56,046 bases of DNA from a virus. Its lineage: Duplodnaviria > Caudoviricetes. The notes beneath the pieces were generated by a model. That model was not told the DNA's origin, did not search any database, and was given only the letters and a program-made list of their open reading frames with translations. The DNA lies in IMG/VR virus record IMGVR_UViG_3300027804_000077, positions 1-56,046 of that record; one strand, 5' to 3'. Positions within the stretch are counted from its first letter, which is position 1. Every line of letters begins with the position of its first letter. This document shows positions 48,392-55,325 of this stretch, in pieces. A program made the translations under genes and the position numbers.

Positions 48392-48609
48392 GCAAAAGGA
48401 GGTTGGGACTCCTGACGGGGGGTATTTCTATATAGAAGGGTAGGGTCAGATTGTGGAAATTTTTGTAGGGGGTGGGGGTGTTTTTAAAACACATTATTGG
48501 ATACGCGGAACAGTATGTACTAGCGCGGCGGTGCGTCAAGTCTAGGTTTGGGGGGGTCGGGATAGGGTGGGTAATACCTTATACGTATTTTGTTATGGCT
48601 AGGGGCTAA

Positions 48610-48629
48610 TTGTGGTACAATGCAATCAA
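48610..48629 (+). promoter_or_regulatory. Early promoter 1 (extended -10)
   Basis: TTGTGGTACAATGCAATCAA; 18/20 identical to 50181-50200. Confidence 0.7.
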
Positions 48630-49022
48630 GCGAAGCGAAAGCCGAGCGATCATCGGGTTAGTCCTACGGGATTAGCAGGAAAGCGAAAGCCTACCGTAAC
48701 AGATAGCCTACTGGGTTATTTCAGCGGACTGGCAAAAGTAGCTAACCAACCGACAACCGTTCATTAAAAACTTGGAACGATCATGCCGCAAGGCGACTAG
48801 TGTGAGCATACCGCTAGTGATCCGCTGATGCCGTGCGAGAAACGGGCATTGATGCCGCTATCGGGCTAGAGCAGGAAACGGTAGCGAGGTTACCCTTTGC
48901 AAGCTTCCGACTAAAGCTTTCGGATCGTATCCGATTGCCCATAAGTCAGTAATGCAAAGGGTACACCAGTGAGCGTATTAATTTCTAGTACGTTCACCCG
49001 TGTAATTCTAACCTTCGGAGTT
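48628..49022 (+). ncRNA. Large structured RNA or leader of unknown class
   Basis: At least ten stems with G-U pairs, UNCG and GNRA tetraloops, and nested long-range helices (see findings). Confidence 0.7.
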
Positions 49023-49028
49023 TTCAAA

Positions 49029-49517
49029 ATGGAACTAATGAAATATACCGCTGAAATGCCTGTCGTTGATTTTGCCCCCGCTCAAGTTTTGGTGTCGGGC
49101 AAAACCCTTGCAGATAAGAAAATGAGTGTAGTAGAGCAAGCTTCGCACTTTACCCTTGCCGCTCTTGTAGCTGAAAAGGGCAAGCTTGGTGCAGCCGCTC
49201 GCAATGGCATGGCAATGGATGGATTGTGCAGGATCGCATCGGCTACGTTCAATGGTAACTATCGTCCGCTCGCCGAGTATATCTCAGCACTCACTGGGGA
49301 ATCGCTCACCATTTCTAATCGCGCCACATACGAAAGCTTGATTGATCGCTTTCAGGATCGCATCAATGATCTTAAGGACAAGGGTTTAACTTACAACAAA
49401 AAGCAGGGTGTTGTCGTTGATGGTGCAAAGCGCAAGTCTTACCTTAAGGTAATAGCCGCACTCGAAGCAATCGCAATTGCTACTGCTGAAGAGTTCGCTC
49501 GTCGTAACGCTGAGTGA
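49029..49517 (+). CDS. Hypothetical early protein (162 aa)
   Basis: GGAG RBS and ATG 49029; helical, Ala-rich. Confidence 0.75.
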   Translation: MELMKYTAEMPVVDFAPAQVLVSGKTLADKKMSVVEQASHFTLAALVAEKGKLGAAARNGMAMDGLCRIASATFNGNYRPLAEYISALTGESLTISNRATYESLIDRFQDRINDLKDKGLTYNKKQGVVVDGAKRKSYLKVIAALEAIAIATAEEFARRNAE

Positions 49518-49525
49518 GGATTACA

Positions 49526-49717
49526 ATGAACCACATAGTAAGAAAAGGATCAATGCCCAAGTATCAACCTACTGCTAACACTGTAAGACAATGGGAGCGC
49601 AGTGTGCATCCATCAAACGCTAGCCGAGGCTACGCATCAACGAGCGCAAGCGTGCCTGAGTTTGCGCGATCATTCGGGTTTCGTCCCTTCGGATTACGCG
49701 ACAGCAGGGTTCAGTAA
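49526..49717 (+). CDS. Hypothetical protein (63 aa)
   Basis: GAGGA RBS before ATG 49526. Confidence 0.55.
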   Translation: MNHIVRKGSMPKYQPTANTVRQWERSVHPSNASRGYASTSASVPEFARSFGFRPFGLRDSRVQ

Positions 49718-50180
49718 GAAAATTTGAGGTAATGTAAGGCGTAAGAAAAAACTTCTTACGCCGTTTTTCTTTTTAGAATCAAGCGTTTATCCCCCTATTG
49801 TAAGAAGTAAGACTTTTTTCGGGAAATTATGGGAGCGTGGGATCGCAAGCCTCTCAGCAAGTGTTATTTTCAACTGACTTATCAGCAAGAAAAGTCAGGC
49901 AATCCTTATATAATATAGTAAAACTATTTACTTACTTACACTACACTTCCAACTCCTTGATTTTGCACACAAAAATCGCGTAAGTCCACTTAGTTTTTTT
50001 ATAACGACTTTCTTACAAATAGGGTTTTTTCTTACGCCCCTTTTACATTGCCTTCTTACATTACAGTTTGAGTGTGCCAAAACCACTTACATTGTATTCA
50101 CCCCTGCCAAAACCCCTCAAAATCTCCCTAAAACCTCTTACATTGTATTCATACCCCAAACCTATCTATTTTCTCTTACG
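49714..50180. repeat. Iteron-like GTAAG/CTTAC array with dyad symmetry, putative replication origin
   Basis: About 15 GTAAG/CTTAC copies; 15-bp perfect inverted repeat 49738-49752 with 50024-50038; 15-bp direct repeat at 50086-50100 and 50137-50151; AT-rich core. Confidence 0.65.
49738..49774 (+). terminator. Hairpin with T tract, possible terminator
   Basis: GGCGTAAGAA-AAAAC-TTCTTACGCC-GTTTTTCTTTTT. Confidence 0.55.
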
Positions 50181-50200
50181 TTGTGGTATAATGTAATCAA
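50181..50200 (+). promoter_or_regulatory. Early promoter 2 (extended -10)
   Basis: TTGTGGTATAATGTAATCAA contains a perfect TGnTATAAT. Confidence 0.8.
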
Positions 50201-50224
50201 AAACAAGTAAGCAAAGGAGCAAGC

Positions 50225-50311
50225 ATGATGAGTAGTCTTATAGATTGGCTAGTAGCAGCAGTGTTCGGCATAGCCCTCGGCTGTGCCCTTTTCTTTGGGT
50301 TTTTCTTGTGA
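50225..50311 (+). CDS. 28-aa hydrophobic membrane peptide (below the ORF-track cutoff)
   Basis: AAGGAG RBS; MMSSLIDWLVAAVFGIALGCALFFGFFL. Confidence 0.65.
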   Translation: MMSSLIDWLVAAVFGIALGCALFFGFFL

Positions 50312-50356
50312 GGTGCAAGCAACCAGTTCCGAGAGCAAGGAGAGCGAGTAACGCTT

Positions 50357-50569
50357 ATGACTAGATACATGCACTGCCGCGACTGCGGCTTAGAGTTGGA
50401 AGATCCCCTGCACACACTTGCAGGTTTCTGTTGGGATTGCAGAGAAGCTGCCGCTCGCGAAGCGCGAAAGGGATGGTGCATAGCACCCCTGCACAAATCA
50501 AACTACCTGCTAATCACAAACCGTCAAGACCTCGCAGGTCTAAACAACAAAGGAGGATTGGTGCGATGA
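50357..50569 (+). CDS. Small Zn-finger-like protein
   Basis: CRDC...CWDC; AAGGAG upstream. Confidence 0.7.
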   Translation: MTRYMHCRDCGLELEDPLHTLAGFCWDCREAAAREARKGWCIAPLHKSNYLLITNRQDLAGLNNKGGLVR

Positions 50570-50733
50570 AGATGAAAGAGTTGATGGAGATGCTGAAAGA
50601 TTACAGCGGCGACGCAGATGTATGCGTCGTTATGTATGACAGCGAAGTGAAAAGTTATTACCGCATAGTTGAGTTGCAAGTGGTCAACTGGGGCACAGAG
50701 TTTGAATTGGTGGTGAAGAAGGGGTTGGTATGA
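50566..50733 (+). CDS. Hypothetical early protein (55 aa)
   Basis: AGGAGG RBS; ATGA overlap; MKMKELMEMLK. Confidence 0.7.
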   Translation: MKMKELMEMLKDYSGDADVCVVMYDSEVKSYYRIVELQVVNWGTEFELVVKKGLV

Positions 50734-50894
50734 AGCAGTTAGCAATAGACACAAGCGATGCTGACGAGGTGATGATCCATCTCTTAGCTGATGCAGCAGT
50801 TGCAGACGGTGAGTTTTCAAATTGGGATCATGCTTACGAGTCGCTGTGGGTATGGTTGGAGTACGAGCTAGCTATGCAAGAGGAGCAAGCATGA
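50730..50894 (+). CDS. Hypothetical acidic early protein (54 aa, below the ORF-track cutoff)
   Basis: MKQLAIDTSDADEVMIHLLADAAVADGEFSNWDHAYESLWVWLEYELAMQEEQA; ATGA overlaps on both sides. Confidence 0.7.
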   Translation: MKQLAIDTSDADEVMIHLLADAAVADGEFSNWDHAYESLWVWLEYELAMQEEQA

Positions 50895-51058
50895 AAGTCT
50901 GGATAGTTTGCGAAGAGGATGAAGAACAAACCCAAGCACCGACCCCGACAGGGGAGGTGTTCACCGATGAAACCAAAGCGAAAGCTTACGTAGAGGCGGT
51001 AAATGCTGATCCGAAAGTGTTGTTGTTCTTAACGCTAGTGGAAGGGGAATTGAAATGA
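50891..51058 (+). CDS. Hypothetical early protein (55 aa)
   Basis: AGGAG RBS; MKVWIV...VF.DE.KAKAY. Confidence 0.7.
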   Translation: MKVWIVCEEDEEQTQAPTPTGEVFTDETKAKAYVEAVNADPKVLLFLTLVEGELK

Positions 51059-51264
51059 ACGAGAACGACGAAGAAACGGGCAGGTGGGTAATCCTTAACT
51101 TCTTCCCGCACAGCCCAACACATGTCTACGGCTTCTTTGATACCGATAAGGAAGCGTTGGACTACGCAATCAAACACAAGATGGACATGTATGGGAACAG
51201 TTTCGATATTCAAATGGTGCTCAATGCACATTACGTGGAACCAAGGAGAGAACCGTGGGAATGA
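51055..51264 (+). CDS. Hypothetical early protein
   Basis: ATGA overlap; VYGFFDTDKEALDYA. Confidence 0.7.
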   Translation: MNENDEETGRWVILNFFPHSPTHVYGFFDTDKEALDYAIKHKMDMYGNSFDIQMVLNAHYVEPRREPWE

Positions 51265-51440
51265 AAAAGTTTGAAGTGGAGTTCAAGAAAACGAGTTGGA
51301 TGGTTATAACAGTCGAAGCCGAGAGCGAGGAGGATGCAGAGAACAAAGGCTTCGCACAGTTGGAAGCCGAGGGCATCTTAAAAAATGCCTGTTGGGATAT
51401 TGATGGGGTCTGGGAAGTGCAAGAGAAGGAGCAAGCATGA
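51261..51440 (+). CDS. Hypothetical acidic early protein
   Basis: MKKFEVE...ITVEAESEEDA. Confidence 0.7.
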   Translation: MKKFEVEFKKTSWMVITVEAESEEDAENKGFAQLEAEGILKNACWDIDGVWEVQEKEQA

Positions 51441-51616
51441 TCGAAACGTGGGGGCAACTGAGCACACGCAAGCTTGAGCGTAAGTACATATCACCAGAAG
51501 AACGACAAAGGCTTGAGCGTGTTGCTGTTGGAAGGATATGCCGATGCAAGCACTGCATCTGTTGCGACGAGCTAAAAGCAGACATAGAAAGGAGGAAGTA
51601 TGAAAGAAGAATTTGA
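51437..51616 (+). CDS. Cys-rich hypothetical protein (59 aa, below the ORF-track cutoff)
   Basis: AGGAG RBS; MIETWGQL...ICRCKHCICCDELK. Confidence 0.65.
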   Translation: MIETWGQLSTRKLERKYISPEERQRLERVAVGRICRCKHCICCDELKADIERRKYERRI

Positions 51617-51824
51617 TTTAGTCGTAGAGGTAACGATCACCTACCTTAGAACCATCCATGCAGATGACCAAGAAGAAGCGCAAGCGATTGCAGAGAACGA
51701 AGCAATCGAAATGGCTGAAGAAATCCAAGAGGAGTACGAGCTAGACGATTACGACCATTCGGTAACTATTAAGAAACATAGAAACCCCCTATTACCAAGC
51801 ATCAGATTAACCAAGAGGAGATAA
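51600..51824 (+). CDS. Hypothetical acidic early protein
   Basis: AGGAGG RBS; TIHADDQEEAQAIA. Confidence 0.7.
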   Translation: MKEEFDLVVEVTITYLRTIHADDQEEAQAIAENEAIEMAEEIQEEYELDDYDHSVTIKKHRNPLLPSIRLTKRR

Positions 51825-51829
51825 CAGAT

Positions 51830-52915
51830 ATGCAAGAACAGCAAGTCAAACAGCAGCGCGAGATCTCACTGCAAGAGGCAGCAGACCTTATCGCCAACAT
51901 CCCAGACAATCGGTTCCTGCTACGTGGTGAGCCTGGGATCGGCAAGTCGTCTGTGCTTAACCTCTTAGAGTCTCACCCCCTGCTACCAGCAGATGAATAT
52001 GATTTCGTTTACGTAGACTGTGCGAGCCTAGACCTTGGCGACACAGCAGCACCGATACCGAACCGAGAGGAGCGCATCCTCGAATACTTCCCCAACGGCA
52101 CGTTCAAACTACATACTGATAAGAAGGTAGTTATATGCCTCGATGAGTTCAGCAAGGGTGCAGAACCTGTGCGTAACATGCTGCATCCACTACTCGAAGA
52201 GAACAAGCCTCGCATGGCAGATAAGTTCCTCAAGAAGGGAAGCATCGTATTCCTCACAGGCAACCTGTCCACAGATGGGGTCGGTGACAATCTCAAAGCG
52301 CACTCACTCCAGAGGGTAACCGAGTGTGAGATACGCAAGCCCTCTGCCGATACGTGGTTGCCTTGGGCTAGTGCTAACAACATTGCACCAGAGATACGCT
52401 CGTGGGTATATGCCCATCCCGATTGTCTAGCTTCATATCGAGACCCTGGGCAGGAGAGCAACCCCTACCCATACAACCCACGCAAGCCCAATCAGTCGTG
52501 CGTCTCGCCTCGCACACTCTCAAGGTCAAGCAACATCGTGCACGTCCGCAAGCGGCTTACACAGAACGCAGTACACGTAGCACTTGCAGGTACAGCAGGT
52601 GCTGCATTCGCTGATTCATTCATGACTTACTTGCAGTTCTCAGATCAACTGCCAACACGGGAATCCATACTCAACGACCCCAAGGGATGCCGAGTGCCTG
52701 CCGAGTCAGGAGCGCAGGGGATACTTGTGTATGCCTTCATAGACACACTGGCTAAGGACAATATCGACGCTTACATGACCTATGCCGAGCGGTTGAATCC
52801 TGACTGGATGGCATGCCTCGTGTTGAGCATCGCCAAAGATCCAATCAAACAAGCTATCGCATTCAGCAACGCACGGTTCCGCGACTGGTGCGCTAACAAC
52901 CAAGACTTATTCTAA
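51830..52915 (+). CDS. MoxR-like AAA+ ATPase
   Basis: Walker A GEPGIGKS, Walker B ICLDEF, sensor TGN and SPRT. Confidence 0.85.
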   Translation: MQEQQVKQQREISLQEAADLIANIPDNRFLLRGEPGIGKSSVLNLLESHPLLPADEYDFVYVDCASLDLGDTAAPIPNREERILEYFPNGTFKLHTDKKVVICLDEFSKGAEPVRNMLHPLLEENKPRMADKFLKKGSIVFLTGNLSTDGVGDNLKAHSLQRVTECEIRKPSADTWLPWASANNIAPEIRSWVYAHPDCLASYRDPGQESNPYPYNPRKPNQSCVSPRTLSRSSNIVHVRKRLTQNAVHVALAGTAGAAFADSFMTYLQFSDQLPTRESILNDPKGCRVPAESGAQGILVYAFIDTLAKDNIDAYMTYAERLNPDWMACLVLSIAKDPIKQAIAFSNARFRDWCANNQDLF

Positions 52916-52932
52916 ACAGCAAAGGAGCTAGC

Positions 52933-53799
52933 ATGACTATCTTAAATAACGCAGTGCTTGTCGAACTTAACATCTCAGCATGGACTGCATACAAACTAGA
53001 CAAACAACAATCTGCCAAGGTTGTCGCAGATAACAACGCAACCGAGAGCGATGCGGCTCGCGTCAACAAGAACCTCATGGCAGGTACGACCCTACTCAAG
53101 AACATCAACGACTACATTGCGAAGGTTCGCATCTGGCACATAGCGCAGACCCTGCCGTGGGCAGAGAAAGGCCCAAGGCTCTTGCCGATGGCTAACTTCT
53201 TCAACTACAAGTCGCAACTTAATACGATGGAGGCAAACACAACAGCACTCGTCAAGACATTCCTCGATGCTTATCCTAACCTCGTATCAGTAGCAGCATT
53301 CAAGCTGGGCAACTTCTTCAATCGCTCAGAGTATCCAGACGTGAGCGAGGTTGCTCGCAAGTTCAGCTTCAGATATGCCTTCACCCCTGTGCCACAGAGC
53401 GGACACTTCATCCTCGATACGCACAACGAGGTTATCCAAGAGCTAGCTACTAACTACGAAGCCGAGGCTAACCGCAGGGTTAGCGATGCGATGAAGGATG
53501 CGTGGGGTAGGTTGCACGAGACACTTATTCATATCTCATCACGCATGACTGACTCGCCACAAGAACAAGAAGATAAGAAGAAGCGCTATCACGAGAGCAT
53601 GCTCACTAATGCACACGAGCTATGCGGACTGCTTACTGCATTCAACATAACAGGAGATGCAAAACTAGAGCAGGCAAGGCAAGACTTAGAACGTGCGCTG
53701 TCAGGGGTACGCATCGATGACATAAAGGAGAGTGCATCAGTACGCAAGGAGATCAAGGAGAAGGTAGACAACATCCTTGCCGTTAACGATTGGATATAG
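52933..53799 (+). CDS. Helical protein, tentatively DUF3150-like
   Basis: VLVELNISAW...LPW...G.RLLP...YP pattern; lies between the ATPase and vWA genes. Confidence 0.55.
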   Translation: MTILNNAVLVELNISAWTAYKLDKQQSAKVVADNNATESDAARVNKNLMAGTTLLKNINDYIAKVRIWHIAQTLPWAEKGPRLLPMANFFNYKSQLNTMEANTTALVKTFLDAYPNLVSVAAFKLGNFFNRSEYPDVSEVARKFSFRYAFTPVPQSGHFILDTHNEVIQELATNYEAEANRRVSDAMKDAWGRLHETLIHISSRMTDSPQEQEDKKKRYHESMLTNAHELCGLLTAFNITGDAKLEQARQDLERALSGVRIDDIKESASVRKEIKEKVDNILAVNDWI

Positions 53800-53807
53800 G
53801 AGGTTAT

Positions 53808-55061
53808 ATGTTTGCACAAGCACTACAACCACAGACAGTCGAGCAACGTCTGGCTACACAGAACAGACGCATGGCTAAGATCAACATCTCAATCATGCGT
53901 GACGATAGGTTTGCATTGTGGTCTGGCTTCTTATCGATGGGCACAATCAAGATACTCGATAAGAACTTCACAGCAAGAACCAACGGCATCGATGAAGAGT
54001 ATTCGCTCAGCTTCATCGAGACTCTTACTGACAAGGAGCTAGCCTTCGTCAGGCTGCACGAGATGCTGCACAAGGCATTCAAGCATCTCAAGATTTACAA
54101 CAAGCTATACAAGCAAGACGCTGAGTGTGCTAACAAAGCATGCGACTACCTCATCAACTATCTGCTGTGGGAAGCAGACCCCCAAGGCAAGACTATCGCA
54201 CTGCCCAAGATCGCACTCTTCGATGCTAAGTACAAGGGTCTTAACAGCAAGCAGATCTATGACCTGCTACGCAAGCAGAAGCAACAACAGCAACAGCAAC
54301 AGCAAGGCCAAGCGCAAGGTCAGGGTGAGCAATCCCTCGATGAGCATATGTGGGGAGAAGCTGAGGGAATGTCTGATGATGATAAGAAGAAGATCGAAGA
54401 GCAGATAGACACTGCCATCAGGCAAGGCATCATTGCACATAACAAGAAGAATAAAGGCAAGGGGGCGGGGGGTATGTATCGCACCCTGCAAGAGGTGCTC
54501 ATGCCACAAGTAGATTGGCGCGAGCAGTTGCGAGAGTTCATCAAGCAAGCATGCCCAAGCAAGACCAAAACATCTTGGCGCAAGATCAACCGGCGCATGT
54601 TGGAGTTCGATCTGTATCTGCCTGTGCTGATCGGTGAGCAGATGAAGGACTTGGTGGTTGCTGTCGATACATCAGGTTCGATTGGTGATAAGGAGCTAAG
54701 CACATTCCTCTCTGAGATCAAGTCTATCTGTGAGGAGGTACGACCAAGCAACCTGCACCTGCTCTATTGGGACACTCGCATCGCCAACCACGAGCAGTAC
54801 ACAGAGTCTAATCTTGACATGCTAACAACATCGACCCGACCCAAGGGAGGGGGCGGCACAATACCTAGCTGTATCGCTAAGTACATGAAGGAGAACCATA
54901 TCAATGCTGAGTTATGCGTTGTCTTTACCGACGGTTGCGTTGGTGCTGATTGGGGCGGTCCGGCGGGAGATTGGGTATCACCTGTCTTATGGGCGATTGC
55001 GGATAACGAGACTGCGGTTCCGGCTTTTGGGTCGGCTGTATACATCAAAACTGATAAGTAA
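53808..55061 (+). CDS. HExxH metallopeptidase-like plus vWA domain protein (DUF2201-like)
   Basis: ARTNG, HEMLH, A.D..IN; Gln-rich linker; MIDAS motif VAVDTSGS, GGGT and VFTDG. Confidence 0.85.
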   Translation: MFAQALQPQTVEQRLATQNRRMAKINISIMRDDRFALWSGFLSMGTIKILDKNFTARTNGIDEEYSLSFIETLTDKELAFVRLHEMLHKAFKHLKIYNKLYKQDAECANKACDYLINYLLWEADPQGKTIALPKIALFDAKYKGLNSKQIYDLLRKQKQQQQQQQQGQAQGQGEQSLDEHMWGEAEGMSDDDKKKIEEQIDTAIRQGIIAHNKKNKGKGAGGMYRTLQEVLMPQVDWREQLREFIKQACPSKTKTSWRKINRRMLEFDLYLPVLIGEQMKDLVVAVDTSGSIGDKELSTFLSEIKSICEEVRPSNLHLLYWDTRIANHEQYTESNLDMLTTSTRPKGGGGTIPSCIAKYMKENHINAELCVVFTDGCVGADWGGPAGDWVSPVLWAIADNETAVPAFGSAVYIKTDK

Positions 55062-55071
55062 GGAGAGAGCT

Positions 55072-55323
55072 ATGTCTGATACGAGAGCATTGATCGAGTT
55101 CAGGGGAAGCTACGTGCTTCCTATTGAGAGAGCAGTAGAAGTGCTGAGACTGCTTAGTGATTGTGAGGCTTACGAACATAAGTGGCACAGCGGCAAAGAT
55201 GGTGGTGCTAGTTTCTATACGCATCATATCTATACACCGAAGCGTGGTGAGTTGTCGCTAAGTCTTATGCCTAACAGCACCTATGCAATGTACAAAGCAG
55301 CGGGTAACCCTAACGAGGAGTAA
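55072..55323 (+). CDS. Hypothetical protein (83 aa)
   Basis: AAGGAG RBS before ATG 55072. Confidence 0.7.
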   Translation: MSDTRALIEFRGSYVLPIERAVEVLRLLSDCEAYEHKWHSGKDGGASFYTHHIYTPKRGELSLSLMPNSTYAMYKAAGNPNEE

Positions 55324-55325
55324 GT

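Noticed and set aside
48657-49020. CsrA/RsmA sponge RNA (several GGA motifs)
   Set aside because: Most GGA triplets fall in stems rather than hairpin loops.
48628-49022. Group I/II intron, tRNA or tmRNA
   Set aside because: It does not interrupt a gene. I could not find group II domain V, a group I catalytic core, a T-loop with CCA end, or a tag reading frame. This is a by-eye judgement only.
48969-49028. GTG-initiated N-terminal extension of ORF 48969-49517
   Set aside because: The GTG lies in a stem and has no SD, whereas ATG 49029 has a GGAG upstream.
49714-50180. Repeats as a CRISPR mini-array
   Set aside because: Units are only 5-15 bp, irregularly spaced and present in both orientations.
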